Below, one piece after another: positions 1-10,508 of a DNA stretch of 46,319 nt (position 1 is its first letter; each line of letters opens with the position of its first letter). Source of the DNA: Chromera velia (Eukaryota); contig JAHBMJ010000503.1 in NCBI GenBank assembly GCA_018398765.1, forward strand, positions 1 through 46,319. Direction: 5' to 3'. The notes under the pieces are model-generated. The model did no database searches. It was not told where the DNA came from and saw nothing but the letters and a program-made list of their open reading frames with translations. A program made the position numbers and the translations under genes.

Positions 1-514
1 GAAACAGAGAAGGCGATCGAAGTTTGTAGTCAAGTGAGAGAGACGTGCCGTCTCAGGCCGTCGCTTTCAAATTTCGCGAAGCAACCAAGCCAAACAGTCT
101 CAGAACTTCATAGACGATGTGCTCTGGCGTATCTTTGATAGTTGTCTATTCCGGAGTGTCTGTAGGTGGCCGTATTGCACATATGCACGGCGCCATTTTC
201 GCCTACCTCCATGCCAGTTGCTTCTTCCTGTTTCACTCTTCTGTCTTCGGTCCATGAGAGATGGAGGTCGGGCTCGGAAAGAGGAGATCAGCAGTGTAGG
301 CACCCGGTATTTAAAGCATCAATTCGACAGAGCTTCGCCCGGCTCGCTGGCACAATGGGTGGGTTTCCTTGCTCCCTTCATTCCTAAGGCTTCCTTCCTT
401 CCTTTCTTTGAAATCGTTCCCTTCTTCCTTCCGTCCTTCCTTCTCTCTTTCTTCCTCTCCCTGTTTCCCACTCTCTTGGCCCTCTGTTGGTGTGTGTCTG
501 TGTTCCTCTCGCTC

Positions 515-1065
515 CGCATGTGTATGTGTGTATGTATATGTGTATGTGTATCCCCCCCGATGATGACAGTGGTGTGCCTGTCATAGTCGGAGGGGGGCAC
601 GCAGACATATAGGCACTCAGGCAGGCACCGCCGAAGGAAAACAGGCCAGTGAGGCAGTCAGTCAGCCAGACAACCAGGCAGTGAGTCAGTCAGTCAGCCA
701 GACAACCAGGCAGTGAGTGACTCAGTCAGTCAGTCAGTCAGTCAGTCAGTCAGCCAGCCAGTCAGTCAACCAGTCAACTAGTTGAACAGTCAGTCAGTCA
801 GTCAGTCAGTCAGTCACTGAGTCAGTCAGTCAGTCAGCCGGTCAGTCAGTCAGTCAGTCAACCAATCACTCAGTCAGTCAGTCAGAATGTATGTGCGTAT
901 GTGGATGTATATGTGTATATATATCCCCCCCCGATGATGACAGTGGTGAGCCTACCACTGTCAGAGGGTGCACAGAAACATGTAGGCACCCAAGGACGTA
1001 CCAAGTCCGTCAGTCAGTCTGTGTCTATTTGTGTGTCACAGTGTGTCTATGTCTGAGTCTGTCTG

Positions 1066-1118
<53 letters not shown>

Positions 1119-1135
1119 ATGTGTGTGTGTGTGTA

Positions 1136-1176
<41 letters not shown>

Positions 1177-1700
1177 GTATGTGTATGTGTGTGTATGTGT
1201 GTGTATGCGCGTGTACGCGTACGCGTGCGTGTATGTATATATGTGTATGTGTATCCCCCCCAATGATGACAGTGGTGTGCCTGCCACAGTCAGAGGGGGG
1301 CACGCAGACATGTAGGCACTCAGGGAGGCACCGCCGAAGGAAAACAGGCCAGTGAGGCAGTCAGTCAGCCAGACAACCAGTCAGTCAGTCAGTCAGCCGG
1401 TCAGTCAGTCAGTCAGTCAACCAATCACTCAGTCAGTCAGTCAGAATGTATGTGCGTATGTGGATATATATATGTATATGTATCCCCCCCCGATGATGAC
1501 AGTGGTGAGCCTACCACTGTCAGAGGGTGCACAGAAACATGTAGACACCCAAGGATGTACCAAGTCCGTCAGTCAGTCTGTGTCTATTTGTGCGTGTGCA
1601 TGCGTGCGTGCGTGCGTGCGTGCGTGCGTGTGTATGTGTGTATGTGTGTGTGTGTGTATGTGTGTGTGTGTGTGTGTGTGCGTGCGTATGTGTGTGTGTG
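515..1700. repeat. A-B-A-B tandem duplication of ~85-100 bp cores embedded in (TG/TA)n and (CAGT)n microsatellites
   Basis: Core A at 552-650 and 1255-1353; core B at 925-1008 and 1484-1567. All begin C(n)-(g/a)ATGATGACAGTGGTG. Each is preceded by TG/TA repeats and followed by CAGT repeats. Confidence 0.9.
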
Positions 1701-2171
1701 CTTTCTGCCCCCAGTCTCCCACTCCTTCCACTTGAAAAGTTATGCCTGCATGTCTGCACATTTTCTTCCTTCTCTGTGCAGGTGAGTTGAGGCTGCATAG
1801 AGGTATAAGCAGTTGGGGTGTTTTGCAGCCTGAGGGAGAGTTGTCGACTTGACACAAGTGGGGGGGTTCAAGAGATACAGGATGGGTGGCTTTCTCCCCC
1901 TTCGTCTCATTTTCCCACTCAATCTGGTCCACGAGTCATGCCTGGATGTCTGTACATGTTTTTCCTTCTCCCTGCAGGTTTGTCGGCAGGGCCTAGGGGC
2001 GCAATTCAGTGACGGTCTTTTGTAGAGAAAATGGTTGGGTTTCTCGAGAGACAGAGAATAGGTGGTTTTTAAGCTCCGTCGGACCATCCTACTTCTTTTG
2101 GATAGAGAGTGGTGTGAGCATGTCTGCATGTTTGACTCCCTCATCTGCGGGTAGCACTTAAAAGTCCCGAA

Positions 2172-3417
2172 TGAAAGTGAGGCTAGGATCACTAAGTAGA
2201 ACTACCTTCACTTTAAATCTAAAAAAGTAAATATTCATAACTTTTGAACCAAAAGGAATTAGAAGCTGAAATTAAGACAGTAAAGCTTTCTTACATACAC
2301 CTTTGATACTGCAAACAGGTTTTCCAATACTAGAAACAAAATGTGTTATGTGATGTTATTGCTATACAGATTGAAAGAGAGGCTAGGATCACTAAGTTTA
2401 GCACTACGTAGAACTACCTTTACTTCGAATCTGAAAAAGTAAATATTCATAACTTTTGAACCAAAAGGAATTAGAAGCTGAAATTGAGACAGTAAAGTGC
2501 TTTTACATGCACCTTTGATAGTCTAAACACGTTTTTCAATACTAGAAACAAAATGTGTTATATGATGTTATTGCTATGCAGAATGAAAGTGAGGCTAGGA
2601 TCACTAGGTACAACTAAACCGTACAAGTACCTTCACTTTGAATCTGAAAAAGTAAATATTGATAACTTTCGAACCAAAAAGAATTAGAAGCTGAAATTAA
2701 GACAATAAGGTTTTTTTACATACTGTAAACACGTTTTTAAATACTAAAAACAAAATGTGTTATATGATATTCAAGTTATTGTTATGTAGCATAAAAGTGA
2801 GGCTAGGATCACTAAGTACAAGTACCTTCACTTTGAATCTGAAAAAGTAAATATTCATAACTTTTAAAAAGAATTAGAAGCTAAAATTAAGACAGTAAGG
2901 CTTTCTTACATACATCTTTGATACTGCAAACAGGTTTCCCAATACTAGAAACAAAATGTGTTATATGATGTTATTGCTATATATTGCTACTAGTAGTATA
3001 CAGATTGAAAGAAACGCTGGGATCACTAGGTAAAACTACCTTTACTTTAAATCTGAAAAAGTAAATATTCATAACCTTTGAACCAAAAGGAATTAGAAGC
3101 TGAAATTAAGACAGTAAAGCGCTTTTACAAGCACCTTTAATAGTGCAAACAGGTTTTCCAATACTAGAAACAAAATGTGTTATGTGATGTTATTGCTATG
3201 CAGATTAAAAGAGAGGCTAGGATCACTAGGTACAACCACCTTCACTTTGAATCTGAAATAGTAAATATTCATATTAACTTTTGAACCAAAAGGAATTAGA
3301 AGCTGAAGTTAAGACAGTAAAGCTTTCTTACATATACTTTTGATACTGCAAACAGGTTTTCCAATACTAGAAACAAAATATGTTATATGATGTTTTTGCT
3401 ATGCAGATTAAAAGTGA
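2172..3417. repeat. AT-rich tandem satellite, six units of ~200-212 bp
   Basis: The motif aaag(t/a)gaggctaggatcacta...gaattagaagctgaaattaagacag...ctagaaacaaaatgtgttat recurs near 2172, 2373, 2584, 2793, 3006 and 3206. The array ends at cagattaaaagtga (3417). Confidence 0.95.
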
Positions 3418-3822
3418 CTCTGTTCTCACACACTCAAACCCAGTCCATATACTGTTCTATATTTCTATTGAAATTACCAATTGCTTTGACTGCTTTCGAA
3501 ACGGCAGAGGAACTGGTCGCAGATACTGTTGTGATTTGGTTTGAGAGGTTACCAATATGCTCATCTTAAAGCCTTAGTCTTGTTTTCTGTGCTTCAATGT
3601 GAGCTGCTTGACGCTGAGCCAATGCAGCCAACTGTTCGACAGAGAGTTGACCTTCCATTTTCCTGACAAGCCCACAACCTGGTCGAACTAAGCTCTGGTG
3701 CCACCTGTGATACATACACAGGGCTCATCATATTCACAACATCAGGATGGAAAGTCTGTCAATCTAGACATACGTCATCATTCTATCGTTCAATCAGTTG
3801 GTACCTGCGCTGTCAAACTGAC

Positions 3823-4533
3823 TTCACGCATTACCCAAAAGGACACCTCGAACCCAGGGATTGATCTTATCAAACCCTGAATTTCAAAAAAAAACATCCT
3901 GGGTAATGGTTACCCAGCATGTGACGTCTCTTTATCATATGCTGGGTAACCCAGCATGTGATGCTGGGTTACCCAGGATGTGACATCAACCAACCCAGCA
4001 TATCAATTTCGATCGAACCTAGCATTCGCACTCAGATCGCTTCATGAATCGAAATTTCAAATCAGACACATGAAAGGAAATAGCACAAACCGACTGACCA
4101 GTAAAAGAAGATGCTCCTTCCACCAGCAAAACAAGGCCACACACTTTCCGTTTCAATTCGGAAACCGGCTTCAGCAACATCGACTCCAACACGCTTCTAC
4201 ATGCTTCCTACTGTTTGTGGCCTTGTTTTGCTGGTAGAAGGAGTATCGTCTTTTACTGGTCAGTCGGTTTGTGCTATTTTGTTTTATGTGTCTGATTTGA
4301 AATTTCAATTCATGAAGCGATCTGAGTCACTGTGCGAATGCTGGGTTCGATCAAAATCGATATGCTGGGTTGGTTGATATCACATCCTGGGTAACCCAGC
4401 ATCATATGCTGGGTTACCCAGCATATGACAAATAGATGTCACATGCTGGGTTACCCAGGATGTTTTTTATTAAAACTCAGGGTTTGATAAGACCAAACCC
4501 AGGGTCTATATGTACTTTCAGAGAACGCGTGAA
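3823..4533. mobile_element. Foldback/MITE-like element with ~320-bp inverted arms
   Basis: 3823-4144 is an imperfect reverse complement of 4213-4533 (e.g. tcttatcaaaccctga / tcagggtttgataaga; ccagcaaaacaaggccac / gtggccttgttttgctgg). The loop is ~70 bp. Arms contain repeated tgctgggt(t/a)acccagca palindromes. No clear TSD or ORF. Confidence 0.8.
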
Positions 4534-6858
4534 TTTGCTGCAATTTAGAAGTGAAAAGTAGAGTCTCACCTCTCTTGAGATTCCTTTTGTGGAATCCTAT
4601 AGGCCCTCCCGTGTCGATCCTCTAGCCTATCTAGAGGACTCCTCAAACTGCTATACTCCCGAATTCCTGGCCCTCTCCTATTAGAGGACCACAGCGAATA
4701 CGTCTCCGTGACGTACTCGTCTAGACCGATACAGATAATCAGAAATAAATACCTGATCAGTCTCTTTACCAGACAGAAAATCTATGAACCCTGCTGGTGG
4801 CCTCGTGCATTACTTAGAGCATAAAAGAACCACAGAAACACATAGGGTTACCGTACAGTACAGATCCTACACATGAAGTTCTGTCAGTCCCTAGGTCGCG
4901 TCTCTCATTCAGATGGACGGTAACCGCTGTGCACGTCTGTCTGACTGTCTGGAAATTAATTCGGGACCGGAATTAATTCTGAAGCCTCCGATGGCATAAC
5001 CACACCATCGGCCTATTTAAATCCTATATGAAGCCTCGGAGCACACACCACCATGGTGAGTGCCTCGGGTGTATCTCTTATGCCAAAGTGCATGCAGGCC
5101 ATACCATAGAACTCATAACATGTACACCTCTGTCACAGGTGCCCCACTACCCCATGTGGACGGGCCGCTGCGTGCACATCGCTCCTTTTTCTAGCTCGGG
5201 GCGAAGGGATGAATGGAAATGCCGGGACCGGAATTTACCCTCCGCGAATCCGACCAGGAACGGGATCATCGTTTTCTTTCACATTAGATGTGACATCTAA
5301 TTCCAGTTGCTCTGGCTGAGACACGCGCTCTTTTCTGATACGGTCCTAGAAAGCATGCAAGGATCATGCAAAGTGTTTACTTGCACTCACACCGTGCAGT
5401 CTCATACATAATCTATATTTCCGTCACAGGCGGCCAGCCTTTGCGGCCTGTGTATACATGGGCAGGGGGGGGACCCCCCTTAGAGGGTAGAGGGAAAAAG
5501 CCTCCATGGAAGGACCCCCCCTTTGAGGGCGGAGGGAAAAAGCCTTCATGAAGGTGATCGCCCCTTCCGGGGGCGGGGGCTAGAGGGTGGAGGGAAACGT
5601 TTGAAAGGGGGGTACCCCCCCTCCTAAATAAGGGGAGAGTGGAGGGGCCAAAAGCCCCTGAGGGGACCCCACCCCCCCTTTTTTCAGAGTCACCTCCGGG
5701 GTGATACATGCGATGATCGGAGACGGCCCAACAAGCATGCAGAGAATTGTAGAGACACGCCGACTACAAGAATGGAGGCTGTGTGCGGGTGAGGCCCCGC
5801 GGGTGTGGGCCGGCCGGTCCGCGCGCCCTAGCTAGCTTGCATGCATATATGATATTGACGCTCAACTCTTGGATACTTTTGTATGCATGGATCTGACGTA
5901 AGCAAGCTTGCGAACGGCCTCGCGGAAAGCAAGAAAAATAAGAACTGCATGATTAATACACGCCGTCCAGCTGACCGGGCAGTCGCGCTGACCCCCCCGG
6001 CCCCTCCCCCGCGGGAAAAAAATGATGATGATATTGAGCTCACCGCCTAGTCTTAGGGGCGACGGCATAGGTTCAATCCCTAGAAGCGTAAACCTAAGGC
6101 AAAGCCTGCGTTCAATTCCTAGGTCAAGGAACCACGGCCACGACCCGCGAGAAAAAATTGATTGATTGAGGTTTTTGTTATGCATGCCGCGTCCCCGTGT
6201 ATGAGGGGCGGATCTAGCCTAGTCTGCCCGCGGGAAAAAAACATGCGCGCAGCGCTTTTCGCCGCAGAAATCCCCCCCCCCGCGGCCGGGGAAAAAGCCC
6301 GGGGGCAAGCCCCATCTGACGCACGCATGGCGCAAATTCAGCCTTTCGGGGCCGCGAAAGACAGCGTGCATATCTGGGCTGGGGTATTTCTGTTTTGTAA
6401 GTGCCCCCCGCTTCGCTTTCCGGGGCCATACGGTCGAATGAATCGCCATATGAAGTTCCGCATATTTCCGCACCATTGTTTGGGACAGTGATTCGAGGGA
6501 AGTGTACGAGGATCAATTGCTAGAACCCAGCTCCCAAAGAATCTGACTCCAAGACCGGAAAGCAAATTTGGAACCAGGAAAGCCTCAAATTCCAACAACG
6601 ACGGTTGATCGTTTGGCTATCCTTCCCGTCTCTTCTACAGTCACTCCATTTAAATGCAAATTCAGTGAAGGAGGAATCTCGGTAGGGCAGCCAAGCTCTT
6701 TGTTTGAGCACAGTAGTGCATGAAGCTGCCGTTTGTGACGAGAATCAGTTTCTTAGTGCCTATCCACAGGCTGTCGTTGCCTCGCGATCATCGTAGAAGG
6801 AGCAGCAGAGGAATTCCTTTATTAATATAACAGTTTGAAACTGTTGTAGCCCTTGATC

Positions 6859-8410
6859 ATGACACTCGGCATCTATGTCTGCGAGTGTGTGGGGGGGGGG
6901 GACCATCGGCCTCACTGCACAGTCCAAGGTTGGTTGTCTGCACACATGCATGCCGCTCGGGACTCGCCTTCGTGCGTACGTTGTCGTTCTGCTCAGTCAG
7001 CCGTCTACATTCACTGTGTAGAGAAGAAAGAGACAGATGTGTGTTTGCTCTTCCTGAATGCCGCCCTCTCTTCTTCACACCTCTTCCATATTACCATGAC
7101 CTGAAATGTAACCCGATGGTGTTAAGGTATCGCTACCCTGCGTCCGGTCCTGCTGCTGCTGCAGGCAAGTGCGCTCTGAGACTCCCCCCTCGCCTGTGGG
7201 CTCGCCCTGCATGATGATTTGCATCTTCTCTGACAGTCGGCCCCGTCTCTGGAGGTCACTTCAACCCGGCAGTCTCTCTGCATGGGCGTGCGTCTGTCGG
7301 GCAGGGGCAAGATCTCCACAGATAAGGCGCTTCTGTACACGGTCGCCCAGATAGTCGGCAGCTTCCTGGGTGCGTGTGTTGCTGCTTATCTAACGAAGGG
7401 CCAGACGATCCTGCCGGGCCCCGGACAGGGCTACGAGATGGGTCACGTGATCATTGCCGAATTCTTCTTCTCTGCCTTTCTCGTGTACACAGTGCTGAAC
7501 GTGGCGACCACAAGCAAACAGTCAGGCAACGACTACTTCGGCCTTGCCATTGGGAGCGTGGTGGTGGTCGGGGCTGTCTCTGTTGGAGGCATCAGTGGGT
7601 GCTGTCTGAACCCTGCTGTGTCTACTGGGCTGGGCCTCGCACACATGACCTTTGCGTTGGCCACGGGCGCCTCGGTGGAGTGGGCTGTGTTGTGCACAAA
7701 CCTGCTGACGTACTTCACGATTCCCCTTGCAGGTTGGTCGTAGAAGAATTAATGCGTTTACTTTCATACAGAATTACTTTCATACAGACCTGAAAAAGAA
7801 TTCTGTATGAAAGTAAACGAGCAGGTTGGTCGTAGAAGAATTAATGGGGGAGGAGAATTTAGAAGACGGGGCGGGGACGAGGGGGGGCACAGGGGCATTC
7901 TGGAAACGCTAGCGCACAGTAGTCCCACAAGGGAGCTGAAATCGTATCTTCAACCTATGATGCACTCTTGTGCTCCCTTCTGTCATGACTTTGCTGTCAT
8001 GCATAGACCCGCTATTTTACGACCCCTCCTTCGATCTGTCTGTCTGTCTGGATGTCTCTTCGTTTGTTTCGATATCTGAAGGCGCCTTTCTTCATCCGCA
8101 TGTTTGTGGTCGAGTGTCCTTGAATGAATGCATGAATGGATGAATGAATGGATGGATGGACGGATGGATGGATGGAGGAATTAATGAATGAATGGATGAA
8201 TGAATGATTAAAGAAAGAAAAAGTTCGGACTGGTCAAAGAAGAAGCAAAAGAAGTCGCAGGATGGCTTCATGTGACAGTCAGGATTCGTTTTTGTTTTTA
8301 TTTCTCCCGTCGGTCCTCTCCTCTTTGTTTCTCACTGCCCTGCTCTCAGCGAGGCGGTCTGCCGGCCTCCTCGTGTACCTCCACTGCACGGATTATTCGT
8401 CAAATTAAGT
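6859..8410 (+). pseudogene. Aquaporin (major intrinsic protein) pseudogene
   Basis: Exon 1 remnant ~6859-6928 (MTLGIYVCECVG..TIGLTAQSK, frameshifted). Exon 2 7165-7732 carries SGGHFNPAVSL (NPA 7263-7271) and GGISGCCLNPAV (NPA 7609-7617), plus AQIVGS and AEFFFSAFLVYTVLNVAT. There are several frameshifts before 7285. A probable degraded last exon lies at ~8350-8410. Confidence 0.85.
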
Positions 8411-10398
8411 CGATCGATCTCCATCAACCATCAAACACCCCACAGCTAGAGCGCATAGAGACGCACCATGCAAACTGATGAAAGAAAGCTGTATGCCCGA
8501 AGAGAGTGTATAAGTAAATGTCAGGCAGTCTGCCTGTCCGCCCGCGTGATTTAATCTCCCTCACCTTCACTCCCTCTACATAGCTGTCTCCCTTTCTCGC
8601 CTCCCCCCAAAGGATTTCTTTGCCCCATGCAGGGGCTGTTCGTGACCACGCAGAAATCATTTGACCACTCTTAATTCGCCTTAATTTTCCCCTCTTTTAT
8701 GTGCATGCAGGGGCCGTCCTGGCTGTGTTCCTCTTCCGTTTCGCACGGGAGGATGAGAAGAGCGGATTGTACGTCCAACTTGAATGAGAGCACATCTGGG
8801 TCTCCTTTTCAAATGCTCATAATTCGGCTGTCACATCAGGCTTCAAGGATGCGGCAAACTACTGCAAACCGTCTTAGACCTCAATTCTGCCCCTGCAGGC
8901 TCCGCATTTCTTTTTTTTCTACCCTTAGTTTGCCTTTGATTTCATTAATTTTTACAGACTCGATTAAATTTGATCAAAATTAAAACTCCAAATCAGTATT
9001 GAATTTGATGATACTTAAAGAAAGCTATATAACATATAAAAACAGAGTGTCTCCCTTTCATAGAACAAATTCTGTTTTAATTATTTGTCTTTATTGATCT
9101 AAATTATTACCACCATGATCGGTACTCGATCATTCATTATTACAACTTTCTATGATGATATGTATTAATAAGAGCCCATGGGGCCAGCTTCCCATACATA
9201 TAATCCTGCAGTGGGTATATATGTGAAGGGAGGCTTAAAGGCCATATACTACTACTAAACTTAAAAAACTATTTGTGTGATTTTGTGTGTCCTATTACGT
9301 AGCAATGCTAAAAATCACAAATATAAACACTCCTATAATTTACTGTATAAACTGTCATCATTAATTGTTATGTCATTTATTTTAGAGTATTAAATTAAAT
9401 AGGGCTTTTAAGCTTTTTAATGTTTTTAAAAACATGACTAGCTTTTTTTTTTTATATCTATTTATGTCTACTTTTTTTAAATAAAACTGACTCTGGATAT
9501 TTTAAATTATATATATTTATATATATTAACATCCAAGCTCAGTACTAGGCTGCACTTGTTTATCCGGTTTCAGGGCTAAGGCTTGCTCTAGAGTAGCCTC
9601 AGTACCAATAATGTAGTCAGAGCCTAGAATCAAAGCAGATAAAAAAAAAAGAAAACTCAATCAAAAAATCCGTTTCTTCCATACCCTAGGGGGGGAAACC
9701 GCATTTAAGATCCGTTCCTAGCATGTCCGCCTCTCTCTTACTCTTCCTTCCATCTACGCACCGTTACAACACCCCTAGCTACATTGCATCACGCTAAGTT
9801 CTAGTCGTATAGACAATTTTCAAGTGTCTTGTGTTTCTCTGTTTCGCAACCGCCGATCAGACTCTACGCGGGCCCGCTCTTGCTTGACACTTTCCGTAGC
9901 GGATGGCTGCAAATCAACAAGTCGAGAAAACAAGCACTAGAAAGACAGTACAGCAATACTTGCACACAATGAATGAACATAAATGGCGGTATGCAATCGA
10001 GGACATTTGTGGTCATCCGTCCGTTGATCACAGAACAAAAAAATGATATGGAGGGTCGCAACCACTTACAGGACAAGGATGTGGCATGAAGCGAGAGCCT
10101 GAAAATAACGAGAACTTTGCGAAACCAGAGCGCAACAGGGAGGGAAAAAACGCAACCGACACATGCAGCGACTGGAGACGGTTGCGTGCACAAGAACAGG
10201 CACACACATACAAACATGCAAACACAGACGCACGCACACACGCAAAGAGGGGGGGGGAGGGAGAAAGCGTGAACACGCAGAGCGAAATTGAAAAAGGAAG
10301 ATTGACACGCACACACACAGAGGGAACGACATCAGGAGGGACAGAGAGGAATGAGAGAAGCAAGCAAGAAGGTGGGTGCATAGGAAAGCAGGCATGAC

Positions 10399-10508
<110 letters not shown>

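Noticed and set aside
925..1008. Hammerhead ribozyme or SECIS element in the repeated core
   Set aside because: The core reads CCGATGA...GAGG rather than CTGANGA...GAAA. The apical loop lacks the AA typical of SECIS, and no selenoprotein ORF is evident.
2172..3417. CRISPR-like array
   Set aside because: The units are ~205 bp and homologous throughout, the spacers are variants of one sequence, there are no cas genes, and the context is eukaryotic.
6040..6135. tRNA gene
   Set aside because: Only T-loop-like motifs are present; no acceptor, D or anticodon stems could be assembled.
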